From: Parcubacteria group bacterium Gr01-1014_31
GTDB lineage: Bacteria > Patescibacteriota > Patescibacteriia > Buchananbacterales > GWA2-38-13
Length of the DNA: 64,000 nt
Assembly: GCA_007376135.1 (NCBI GenBank)
Contig: VMFR01000005.1
Location: forward strand, 4,141-68,140
Direction: 5' to 3'
The position numbers were made by a program, and so were the translations under genes. Under the pieces are notes generated by a model. The model was given only the letters and a program-made list of their open reading frames with translations, was not told the DNA's origin and ran no database searches. Positions 34,742-43,183 of this stretch are shown piece by piece (position 1 is the first letter of the stretch; each line of letters starts with the position of its first letter).

Positions 34742-36034
34742 TCATGAGAAGCGGTATCCCTTGGGGATGACCAGGATGCCGCCCTCGGACAGGACGGGGG
34801 TGTTGGACACCGGCTCGCCGGCCTTGAGTCGGGAAAACATATCGGCGAACTTGACGGTATCCCACGGCGGTTGCCGCGGCGACATCTGCAGGCCATGAGG
34901 AATGACCACCTCCTTGTCCACGACGACCCGCTCCAACCGGCAGTTCGAGCCAACCTGCACGTCATTGAGCAGGATGCAATCGGCAACGACGCTGCCACGG
35001 CCGACGACCGTGCCGGACGACACCACGCTGTGGGTAACGTGCACGTCGTCCTGGCAGATGGCGTCGGGACCGAACACCGCCCGGTCAATGCCGCCGACCC
35101 GGTCGAATTTCGCCGGACTGATGGGCCAAAGCGGCGCGGTGTACATCGGCCACTGGCGGCCGTAGAGATTGAACGGCGGCTGCCGGTCGCACAGCATCAT
35201 CTGCACCTGGTACCAGGCCTCGATGGTGCCCGTGTCGGCGAAAAAACCGCGTTCGCCTGCCTCCACGCCGGGAATGCTGTTGATTTCCAGGTCGTAGCCC
35301 AGCACGCGGCAATTGTTGATGAGCCAGGGGATGCCGGAACGGCTCAAGGTCATTTCCGGCTGGTGGGATGCGCCGATGTGGTCCAGCATCTGGACGAACG
35401 GCTGGCGCCGGATGGCGTACATCGCCAGGTTGGCGTGACAGAAGCCCGGTCGGCCGGGAATAGACTGGGGCGCGTCCGGCTTTTCCCGCATGATGTGCAC
35501 GCGGTCGTCGGGGTCGATCTCCAGCACGCCGAGCTGGCCGCGCGCCTCCGCCACGGGAACAGCGCGGTAGACCATGGCCGCGTCCGCATCGGCTTGCAGC
35601 ATCGCGGTGATGAACTGGCGAAAGTCGACTTTGACCACCTGGTCGGCCATCACCACCAGGAAAATTTCGGTGCCGTTGGACAGCAGAGTGCTGCGCAATT
35701 GCAACAGGGAGTCGGCGTCCGACAGGAAAAACCGGTCGTCCTCCTTGGGAGGCGCCAGCACCCGCACGTACTGGCCCCGCATCTGCGCCACGCCATTGGC
35801 GTAGCCTTCCAGATGCCGGATGAGCGACTGCGGCCGCCGTTGCACGATGACGTGCACGTGGGTGATGGAGGAATTCAGCAGGTTGGACAGCATGATGTCC
35901 ACCAGCCGGTTGTTCCCCCCGATGGGGATGGCGGGTTTGGCGCGAAAACGCGACAGCGGCTCGATGCGCGTGCCGTCGCCGCCGGCGCACACCACGCCCT
36001 GCACTTTGGAGGTATCCAAGATAAGGTATTCCAC
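34742..36034 (-). CDS. glgC: Glucose-1-phosphate adenylyltransferase-like protein (divergent)
   Basis: AGGDGTRIEPLSRFRAKPAIPIGG..RLVDI.LSN.LNS, EKP, DTGTIEAW, C-terminal hexapeptide region. Confidence 0.8.
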   Translation of the reverse strand: MEYLILDTSKVQGVVCAGGDGTRIEPLSRFRAKPAIPIGGNNRLVDIMLSNLLNSSITHVHVIVQRRPQSLIRHLEGYANGVAQMRGQYVRVLAPPKEDDRFFLSDADSLLQLRSTLLSNGTEIFLVVMADQVVKVDFRQFITAMLQADADAAMVYRAVPVAEARGQLGVLEIDPDDRVHIMREKPDAPQSIPGRPGFCHANLAMYAIRRQPFVQMLDHIGASHQPEMTLSRSGIPWLINNCRVLGYDLEINSIPGVEAGERGFFADTGTIEAWYQVQMMLCDRQPPFNLYGRQWPMYTAPLWPISPAKFDRVGGIDRAVFGPDAICQDDVHVTHSVVSSGTVVGRGSVVADCILLNDVQVGSNCRLERVVVDKEVVIPHGLQMSPRQPPWDTVKFADMFSRLKAGEPVSNTPVLSEGGILVIPKGYRFS

Positions 36035-36188
36035 GGGTTTTCAACTCCTTTTCAAGGGGACAAACGAACGAGCCACCAATGAACACGAACGGCCACGCTA
36101 GCACACAACGGCAAGTTTTTCAAGGCCTTATCGGGATGACGGAGGTACCGAGTTCGGCTATACTGCTAGGGTAATCACTCCCCTTTGT

Positions 36189-37103
36189 ATGCCCAAACAC
36201 CCGTACGCAACAGCAACGACGCTGGCGCTCGCCACGGCTGCAATCTCCGGCGCGGCCAATTTCCTCAACAAGTCGGCGCTGGCCGCCGTTCAGGGCCCGA
36301 TATTCTTCACCACCATGAAAAATGGGGCGGTGGCCGTCGCGCTCATCGGGATCGTGCTGATGTCCCGGCAGTGGCGCGAATTTTTCCATCTCCGTCGCGA
36401 CCAATGGCTACGGCTGCTTTTGGTCGGCGTCATCGGCGGGTCGCTGCCGTTCGCGCTGTTCTTCACGGGCCTGGCCCAAACCTCAGCCATTAACGCGTCG
36501 CTCATCCATAAAACGCTGGTGTTGTGGGTGGTCGTACTGGCCGTGCCCCTGCTGAAGGAACGCATCTCCTGGCTACAGGGACTGGGCATCGCGGCCGTTT
36601 TTTCCGCCAATCTCCTGGTCGGCGGTTTTGCGGGTTTCAAATTTAACGCCGGCGAACTGATGATACTGGCCGCCACCCTGTTGTGGGCGGTGGAGAATGT
36701 TATTGCCAAACGGACGCTTGCCGACGTGTCCAGCCTGACCGTGGCTTCCGCGCGCATGGTCATTGGGTCCGCGCTACTGTTTGTTCTTCTTACCTGGCGC
36801 GGAGAGGCCAGCCGGATACCGGAACTGAACGCGGCGCAATGGGGATGGGTGGCACTCAGCGGCGTGCTGCTCACGGGGTACGTTTTGACCTGGTACGCAG
36901 CGCTCAAGCGCGCGCCGGCAACGTACGTCGCGACGCTTTTGGTACCCGCGACTCTAGTGACCAACGTGCTTTCCGCGGTGTTCGTGACCCACGCGATTCC
37001 CGCGCGCGACGTGCAGGCAATACTGTTGTTCGTTCTGGGTACCCTGCTGGTCATCCGCTTTGCCAGAACGACAAAAATTCCGGCTCCCTCACCGGTGACC
37101 TAG
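36189..37103 (+). CDS. DMT/EamA family transporter
   Basis: About ten TM segments in two repeats; LFFTGL..TSAINAS..LLKERI; GELMILAATLLWA. Confidence 0.88.
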   Translation: MPKHPYATATTLALATAAISGAANFLNKSALAAVQGPIFFTTMKNGAVAVALIGIVLMSRQWREFFHLRRDQWLRLLLVGVIGGSLPFALFFTGLAQTSAINASLIHKTLVLWVVVLAVPLLKERISWLQGLGIAAVFSANLLVGGFAGFKFNAGELMILAATLLWAVENVIAKRTLADVSSLTVASARMVIGSALLFVLLTWRGEASRIPELNAAQWGWVALSGVLLTGYVLTWYAALKRAPATYVATLLVPATLVTNVLSAVFVTHAIPARDVQAILLFVLGTLLVIRFARTTKIPAPSPVT

Positions 37104-37104
37104 T

Positions 37105-37836
37105 ATGGACGGCATTTTGCGCTGCAGCCGATACTCCTTTGGACCCAACCGGCTGCACTACTGCGGCCCTGACCAGAACCGCGAGATGCTCGCCTATCTG
37201 GAGGAAGGCGTCAGCGACGCGGGGCTAACCGGCATTCTGAAAAAATTCGCGACGCTGTACCCGTATCTCCAGCACATCGCGGCTGCTAACCGCATCGCCG
37301 ACCCGTTTGATGAGCGCGTGGTGGAGGCCTACTGGATCGGCAACGACCTGCTGGAACGCGTCTCACCGCAATCGCTCTATACGCACCTACGCGATACCCT
37401 GCAGCTGAAGGACCGCCTGGGCAGCGTGGAGTTCGACCGTTTGACCGAGAAGATCCGCGCGGGTGCCCTTCCCCACCACTCCTTCCATGTCTTGGACATC
37501 TGGTTGCGCACCGGCCATGTGGAGCGAATGCATACCGTAGAAAGCATGGACGCCTGCCGCATCGGCTGGGGCACGGTGGTGACCGTGCAAGGGCCCGCGA
37601 TCACCGTGGAAACCGAGCCGGTCGTCCTGCGCGACGGCAAATTGGAATTGGGCGCGCCCGTGCAGCGGACGGTTACCCGTGCGCTGGAAACGGCCAGCGA
37701 CCTCGAGCAGGTACAACCCGGGGACCTCATCACCATGCACTGGGGAGTTCCGTGCGAGGTCGTCACCTCTGCCCAGGCCGCGGTATTGCGCCGCTACACC
37801 GTCCGCCACCTGCAGTTGGCGAATCTGACGCTATGA
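37105..37836 (+). CDS. DUF6390-like protein
   Basis: RYSFGPNRLHYCGP, LYPYLQHIA, DPFDERVVEAYWIGN.LL, PHHSFHVL, CRIGWG, GD.ITMHWG..CE. Confidence 0.8.
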   Translation: MDGILRCSRYSFGPNRLHYCGPDQNREMLAYLEEGVSDAGLTGILKKFATLYPYLQHIAAANRIADPFDERVVEAYWIGNDLLERVSPQSLYTHLRDTLQLKDRLGSVEFDRLTEKIRAGALPHHSFHVLDIWLRTGHVERMHTVESMDACRIGWGTVVTVQGPAITVETEPVVLRDGKLELGAPVQRTVTRALETASDLEQVQPGDLITMHWGVPCEVVTSAQAAVLRRYTVRHLQLANLTL

Positions 37837-38942
37837 GGATACGTTTTATTCTTCTCTCGGTAGTACTGGCCGTTGTGCCGTGGGCCGCAGCGGCGGATGA
37901 CCATGATGCCGGCGACGTGTTCACCGCACGGGTCGTCGAAATATTGGAGCAGCAAACGGAAACCCGCGACAACGGTTCAACCTTCACCCAGCAGGATCTG
38001 AGGCTCGAGGGACTGCAGGGGGAATGGCGTGGGCGCACTATCGTCACCCAAGGCGTCTCCGACATCGAAATCCTTGCCAGCCGCGTCTATCGCGTCGGCG
38101 AGAAGGTCTTGGTACAGCGCGTGCCGGGGGTAGACGGCAGCGACGCGTTCTACGTGGTGGATGCGGTGCGCACCGGCAGCCTGGCGGCGCTGGCGTTGGT
38201 CTTCGCACTGGTGGTCGTCGCGATCGGCCGCCGCAAAGGCCTGCGGGCGCTCGTCAGTCTGGCCGCCAGCTATGCCGTCATCATGTGGTTCATCCTGCCG
38301 CGGTTGTTGGCCGGCGCCAACCCGCTGCTGGTCAGCGTCCTGGGTGGGTTTGCCATCCTCACGGCGATCACCTACCTGACCGAGGGGTGGTCGAAACAGT
38401 CGCATGTCGCGCTGCTGGCGATGCTCGTCAGCCTAGTGGCGACGTACCTCATCGCCGTGCTGTTCACGACGCTGGCACAGATCAGCGGCACCGCCCAGGA
38501 GGAGGTGCTAGTGCTGGCCGACGCGGCCACGGGCGCATTGGATTTCCGGGGACTGCTCTTGGCGGCCATCATCATCGGCACCCTGGGGGTACTGGATGAT
38601 GCGGTCATCAGTCAGGTGGAGACCGTCGCCCAGCTGCGCCAAGCCAACCCGGGATTGTCCGCGCGCGAACTTTATCGGCGGGCGTCTGCGGTCGGCACGG
38701 CACACCTCGGCGCAATTATTAATACGCTATTTCTCGCCTATGTGGGCGCCTCGCTGCCTTTGCTGCTCCTGTTCTCGCTCCGTACGCCGCCCTTTACCAG
38801 CACCGCGCTGCTCCTCAATAGCGAACTCATTGCCACCGAGATCGTGAAAACACTGGTGGGTTCGATCGGCTTGGCCTTGGCGGTGCCGATCGCGACGGCG
38901 CTCGCCGCCTACGTGCCGCACTCGCGCACACACCCGAGATGA
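37833..38942 (+). CDS. YibE/F family membrane protein
   Basis: KGLRALVSL, IIGTLGVLDD.VISQ, G.AHLGAIINTLFLAYVGASLPLLL, EIVKTLVGSIGL.LAVPI; ATG 37833 overlaps the previous stop. Confidence 0.9.
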   Translation: MRIRFILLSVVLAVVPWAAAADDHDAGDVFTARVVEILEQQTETRDNGSTFTQQDLRLEGLQGEWRGRTIVTQGVSDIEILASRVYRVGEKVLVQRVPGVDGSDAFYVVDAVRTGSLAALALVFALVVVAIGRRKGLRALVSLAASYAVIMWFILPRLLAGANPLLVSVLGGFAILTAITYLTEGWSKQSHVALLAMLVSLVATYLIAVLFTTLAQISGTAQEEVLVLADAATGALDFRGLLLAAIIIGTLGVLDDAVISQVETVAQLRQANPGLSARELYRRASAVGTAHLGAIINTLFLAYVGASLPLLLLFSLRTPPFTSTALLLNSELIATEIVKTLVGSIGLALAVPIATALAAYVPHSRTHPR

Positions 38943-39322
38943 TAGTTTTTGTCTTCGGCAACTCCGACCTGGCGGCTGATTCCTTGCCGCTGCGGATCTT
39001 GCCGCGGCTGCAGGCACTGCGCCCGTCGGTGGATTTTCGCGTGGCCGACCCCAACGAAGAATGGGACATCCCGTGCCAGCTGGTCGTCGTGGACACGGTC
39101 GTTGGCATTTCGCAGGTGACCGTGTTCGAGGGGCTTGAAAAATTTTCGGCCGCGCCGCGGATGACCATGCACGACTTTGACGCGCTTTCCAACTTGCGGC
39201 TGCTCCAAAAGCTCGACAAACTGGACCAGGTGACCGTCATCGGCATACCTCCCGCCATGGACGAAACAAAAGCGGCGGCAGAAGTTGCCGCCGCGCTGCA
39301 ACGCTTGCCGACCGCCGGCTAA
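38939..39322 (+). CDS. Short hydrogenase maturation protease-like protein
   Basis: VFVFGN.DL..D, LVVVDTV and TMHDF resemble the HycI/HoxW motifs GxGN..D, IVDA and StH; close to the hydrogenase large subunit. Confidence 0.65.
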   Translation: MIVFVFGNSDLAADSLPLRILPRLQALRPSVDFRVADPNEEWDIPCQLVVVDTVVGISQVTVFEGLEKFSAAPRMTMHDFDALSNLRLLQKLDKLDQVTVIGIPPAMDETKAAAEVAAALQRLPTAG

Positions 39323-39858
39323 TGCCGGTGGCCGCCGCCTTCCCCGTGGCCGTGGACGCTGTCCGTGGCGCAGGTGTAGAGCTGGTGCGAATATACTTGA
39401 AACCCAAGCATCGCCTGGGTATACTGGCGGGCTTCGACGGTGCTTTTTTCGGCATGCTCCTGGAGGTGCTCCAAATGGTGGAAGCGGTTCCAGAGCTGCT
39501 CTTGGACGGCAGCGGTGAGAAAATCAACGAGCGGCTGCGGGTCGCCGGTCTCAATGGCGCGTTCGGCCAGCGGGATGACCGGACCAACAGACAGCCCTGC
39601 GGGCTGCAGCCCGCTGAACGGCGCGCCCTCTCCCGCCCGATGGAGGCGCACGACGGTCTCATACAGCCACTGCTCGGCCACCTCACGCGCCGCTTCGCCC
39701 AATGCCCGCGCGGCCATAGTTTTCATGAACGCGGCACGCAGTTCGGCTTCGGCCTCCGCCGGCGCATACGGCAAAAGGATGGCTACGTTATTTTCCGCAA
39801 CGGCCCGCTTGGCGGCTTTGATGACCGGCCCGTCCCACGTATCACAATGCGGCGGCAT
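39319..39858 (-). CDS. DUF6448-like protein
   Basis: HCDT.DGPV..AA, ETVVRLHRAGEGAPF.GL.P; His/Gly-rich tail. Confidence 0.75.
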   Translation of the reverse strand: MPPHCDTWDGPVIKAAKRAVAENNVAILLPYAPAEAEAELRAAFMKTMAARALGEAAREVAEQWLYETVVRLHRAGEGAPFSGLQPAGLSVGPVIPLAERAIETGDPQPLVDFLTAAVQEQLWNRFHHLEHLQEHAEKSTVEARQYTQAMLGFQVYSHQLYTCATDSVHGHGEGGGHRH

Positions 39859-39890
39859 ACCGTGAAGTGATTAAGATTCAAAATACCGTT

Positions 39891-40049
39891 TTACTCGCAA
39901 GGACTTTCCGGCGCTGGGACGTCCGCGCCGTGCTCGATCCACTGCCCGCCGCGGCAGCTCCAGTTGTCCTCGCCCGACAGCAGGCGCAGCCCCAGGAAGA
40001 ATGCTACGACGACGCCCGCGATCAGCATGATCATTGCGCTCTCCCGCAT
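39891..40049 (-). CDS. Small single-TM protein (52 aa)
   Basis: Below the ORF-track cutoff: MRESAMIMLIAGVVVAFFLGLRLLSGEDNWSCRGGQWIEHGADVPAPESPCE*, starting 3 bp after the large-subunit stop. Confidence 0.65.
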   Translation of the reverse strand: MRESAMIMLIAGVVVAFFLGLRLLSGEDNWSCRGGQWIEHGADVPAPESPCE

Positions 40050-40052
40050 AGC

Positions 40053-41348
40053 CTAGGCGTCCCAGTTCACCTTGAGGAAGTGCGAACCGCAGCTCATGCA
40101 CGGATCATAGGCGCGGATGAGCTTCTCGATCTCGAACGCGATCTTCTCTTTCGGAGCGTCCGGCAGCAAGTCTTGAACCAGACGGCGCACGTCGTCCTCG
40201 ATATTGAACTGGTTCTGACCGGTAGGAACGACGATCTCCCCGCGCTGAACGATCCCGTCCGCGCCGAGCTCCACCTTGTGGTAGAGCGTGCCGCGCGGCG
40301 CTTCCACCACACCCACGCCAACAGCCGCCCTCGGTTTGGCGGTCACCACCGGTTCCGGCGTGAACGTCGTTTGCGCCAGAGTGTCGATGCTGGCATCCAC
40401 GCAGTGCAGGATCTCGATGGCCTGCGCCAGGTTGTTGTGAAAAATATCGGTCGAGGGAAAGACTGCCAGCGCCGCTACCACGTCGGCTTTGGTCCTTGCG
40501 TGCAGCCGGTCTTTGGCCAGGTTCATCCGCGCCAGCGCCCCGACCATGTAGGACTCCCCGCGGTGCCGGTACGCGGACGCCTGCGAATACGGCAAAACTA
40601 CTTTTTCCAGATGGTCACGGAACTGGTCCTCCTGCAAGCACAACCCTTTGCCCGTCTGGATGCAGCCGTTGACAAAACCATAGCGTTCCGGCAGAAGGGC
40701 CATGTAGTTGGTCTGGCGGTCGAAATGGAACGGGGCACGCAAGAACACGTCGATGAGGCGCAGTACGGCGGGCCGCGCGGCTTGAAGCTTTTTCACCGCC
40801 TCAGCGATACCCGCCGGGTCCGGAAATTTCAGAAAGCCGCCGATGGTCGGATACAGCGCATGCACGGAGCGCCCCGACACCAATGTCGCGAGGTAGTTGC
40901 CGGCGGATTTTATCTCGAACCCGTCGTGGAGCAGCTGGTGCTGCTCGGGGTCATTCTCGTCGAAATCCAAAAAAGCGTCCTTGCCGTAGATATCGGGCAG
41001 GGCAAACAGGTAGAGGTGCAGGGCATGGTCGCGGATGTTCAGCCCGGCCATGGTCAGCTCCTTGAGCGCGATGCTTTGCGGCGTGGGCGTTATACCCAGT
41101 GCCCGTTCGCAGGCTTCAATGCTGCACAGCAGGTGCGCATTGGAACAGGTGCCGCAAATGCGCGCCAGCAGCTGCGGCAGCGCGGCGATGGGTTTCCCCT
41201 GCATCGCCTGGGTAAAGAAGCGCTTGAACTCGGTGATCTTGAACTGGACCTGAACGACCTTGCCGCCGCGAACCTTGACGTCCAGCGCGGCCGAACCTTC
41301 CACCTTGGTCAGGCGGTCCATCGTGAGGTCTAGGTCGATGGTGTGCAT
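40053..41348 (-). CDS. [NiFe]-hydrogenase large subunit, group 3 (3b-related)
   Basis: LTKVEG, L1 RICGTCSNAH, EAPRGTLYH, VPTGQN, L2 RAYDPCMSCGSH plus a C-terminal tail FLKVNWDA; ATG 41348. Confidence 0.92.
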   Translation of the reverse strand: MHTIDLDLTMDRLTKVEGSAALDVKVRGGKVVQVQFKITEFKRFFTQAMQGKPIAALPQLLARICGTCSNAHLLCSIEACERALGITPTPQSIALKELTMAGLNIRDHALHLYLFALPDIYGKDAFLDFDENDPEQHQLLHDGFEIKSAGNYLATLVSGRSVHALYPTIGGFLKFPDPAGIAEAVKKLQAARPAVLRLIDVFLRAPFHFDRQTNYMALLPERYGFVNGCIQTGKGLCLQEDQFRDHLEKVVLPYSQASAYRHRGESYMVGALARMNLAKDRLHARTKADVVAALAVFPSTDIFHNNLAQAIEILHCVDASIDTLAQTTFTPEPVVTAKPRAAVGVGVVEAPRGTLYHKVELGADGIVQRGEIVVPTGQNQFNIEDDVRRLVQDLLPDAPKEKIAFEIEKLIRAYDPCMSCGSHFLKVNWDA

Positions 41349-41365
41349 AACAAGAAAGGCAAAAA

Positions 41366-42055
41366 TCAAAATGCAAAAGGCAAAAGCTTGGCGGTCAATT
41401 CGGCGGCCAGCAGCCCCCCCATGACGATACTTAGACACCCGGCGCTCAGTTGTACCGCGCGGTGTGCCCGGTCGAACCGCTGCGTGAGCAGGAATGGCAC
41501 GGTCAACGCCGACGATACGGCCATCATCCCAAGGATGGACCCCGCCCCGAACACGCCGGCAAACAGCATACCTTGGCCGAACGTCGGGGCACTCGCCATG
41601 ACCAGCAGTGCGAGCGCAGCGCTCCCCGCCAGCCCGTGGAGCATCCCGACAAGGAACGAACGGTGCTGGTGGGCATGCGCGGGACTGCCGGCGTGGGCGT
41701 GCCAGTGCACATGCCGTACGCCATGGTCGTGGACATGCGCGTGCACGTGCAGCCGCTCCCGCCGCATCGTGCGCAGGACGTTGACCCCGAGCCACACCAG
41801 CATCGCCGCGACGGCATACTCAAAGAGCAGCGCCAAGACGACCGGCATCGTGACGCGGAACGCGAGCAGCAGAATACCGACGGTCATCAGCGCGAGGGTG
41901 TGCCCGAGCCCCCAACGCAAACCTAACTGCCACGACCGCCGCACGCTTTTCGTTTCCGCGGCCATCGCAGTGACCGCGAGGACATGATCGGCGTCTAAGG
42001 CATGCTTGACGCCCAGCACCAGTCCCAGCAAGTAAATTGACCACCAGGTACTCAT
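41366..42055 (-). CDS. Nickel/cobalt transporter (HoxN/HupN/NixA/UreH-like)
   Basis: GVKHALDADH, WGLGHT, His-rich loop, GMLHGLAGSAA. Confidence 0.9.
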   Translation of the reverse strand: MSTWWSIYLLGLVLGVKHALDADHVLAVTAMAAETKSVRRSWQLGLRWGLGHTLALMTVGILLLAFRVTMPVVLALLFEYAVAAMLVWLGVNVLRTMRRERLHVHAHVHDHGVRHVHWHAHAGSPAHAHQHRSFLVGMLHGLAGSAALALLVMASAPTFGQGMLFAGVFGAGSILGMMAVSSALTVPFLLTQRFDRAHRAVQLSAGCLSIVMGGLLAAELTAKLLPFAF

Positions 42056-42741
42056 AACGCGCCCCCTCGCAGTTCCTTGACCAGCGCATTTACTTTCGCC
42101 AAAAACGTATTCGGGTCCATCGGGCAGCCCGGGATTTCCGCGTCAACCTTGACGACGTCCGATACTTTTTGCACCTTCGGGAGGGCGGAAAACCGCGCCA
42201 CTAGTGGGGCGATCTCGGCCTGCTGCTCGGGCGTGAATGTATTGCGCTGCCCCGCCGGCAGTCCGATGCAAGCGCACGCCCCGACGGCCACCAACTTTTT
42301 GGACCGTCCGCGAATGTCCCGTACAGTTGCCGCCTGGTGCTCGGAGGCAATCGCCCCCTCGATGAAAGCAATATCGAACGCATCCATGACGTTCCGCGAC
42401 TTCAGCACCCGGGCATGGCGGAAATCGAACAGCCGTTTCCACTCCTGCCAGTGGTCATTCATCACCTCGGTCATCACCACCGTATTGTCCTCGCAGCAGG
42501 AGAAGGAAAACCATCCAATTTTCAGCTTCGGCGGGAGCGGCGGGACGGCGGGAATGATGGCGGGCGCCTGCGCGCTGCGCACCGCCAGGGCCCGGACGGG
42601 TGGCTTTTTCGCCGTCCGCCGAAGGGTCTTTGGCAAAGATAAACGAGGTTTTGTTAGACGCTTCTTGACAACCCGTTTTACTGCGCGAGAGCGCAGCCTG
42701 ACAGGCCTACGTTTGCCAATTTTCAATTTTCGATTTCCCAT
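42052..42741 (-). CDS. [NiFe]-hydrogenase small subunit, proximal-cluster domain only, with basic N-terminal extension
   Basis: KIGWFSFSCCED, DIAFIEGAI, LVAVGACA, VKVDAEIPGCP; ends about 20 aa after GCP. Confidence 0.85.
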   Translation of the reverse strand: MGNRKLKIGKRRPVRLRSRAVKRVVKKRLTKPRLSLPKTLRRTAKKPPVRALAVRSAQAPAIIPAVPPLPPKLKIGWFSFSCCEDNTVVMTEVMNDHWQEWKRLFDFRHARVLKSRNVMDAFDIAFIEGAIASEHQAATVRDIRGRSKKLVAVGACACIGLPAGQRNTFTPEQQAEIAPLVARFSALPKVQKVSDVVKVDAEIPGCPMDPNTFLAKVNALVKELRGGAL

Positions 42742-42751
42742 GAATGTTACA

Positions 42752-43135
42752 TTAGTATTTCAATGAGGCTCGTTCACGTAGGGTAGAAGTTATCTTTTGG
42801 AAAATCATAGTTAGTGCCTGCGTCTCAAGCCACAACTTTCGAATATCTGTCCTCATGTCTGGTTGCGCAGTTACCAACATCCGCAGCCAATGCTTGGTTT
42901 CCTGGGCCTCTTTTTTACAAATGGCTATTTTATGGCCAAAATCCTTTTTTGAGCTAGCACCATTCGCTTCCATGTAGTTCGCCCCAATGCTTGTGGCAGA
43001 GCGAATAAGTTGAGAAATTATCGGCTTTGTTATGTGATCAGGATTCACGGTTCTACAAAAAACGATCACTGCGCTGCCAAATAATGCCGTCCGTTCCTCC
43101 AAATCATATCGCTTTGTTTGGAATTTTTGTTCCAT
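42752..43135 (-). CDS. Four-helix-bundle protein (23S rRNA IVS protein / bAvd-like)
   Basis: YDLEERT..F, QLIRSATSIGANYMEA..ASSKKDF..KI.ICKKEAQETKHWL; AT-richer than its neighbours. Confidence 0.9.
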   Translation of the reverse strand: MEQKFQTKRYDLEERTALFGSAVIVFCRTVNPDHITKPIISQLIRSATSIGANYMEANGASSKKDFGHKIAICKKEAQETKHWLRMLVTAQPDMRTDIRKLWLETQALTMIFQKITSTLRERASLKY

Positions 43136-43176
43136 TGAAAATTCATCGAAAATTGGAAATTGTAAATTGAAAATTT
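43134..43176. repeat. Heptamer (AATTGNA-like) tandem repeat upstream of the four-helix-bundle gene; inverted partner at 42716-42736
   Basis: ATCGAAAATTGGAAATTGTAAATTGAAAATT versus CCAATTTTCAATTTTCGAT. Confidence 0.75.
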
Positions 43177-43183
43177 GCTCGCT

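Noticed and set aside
39867-41333. Long plus-strand ORF of 488 aa, and similar antisense ORFs such as 13546-14673, 26254-27489 and 34871-36082
   Set aside because: These are shadow frames opposite well-supported genes, as expected in high-GC DNA, and carry no recognisable motifs.
40053-41795. 580-aa hydrogenase large subunit with a long N-terminal extension
   Set aside because: The extension overlaps the Ni-transporter gene in another frame; homology begins at MHTIDL (41348).
42752-43135. Avd-like gene indicating a diversity-generating retroelement
   Set aside because: No reverse transcriptase and no TR/VR repeat pair are visible in the window.
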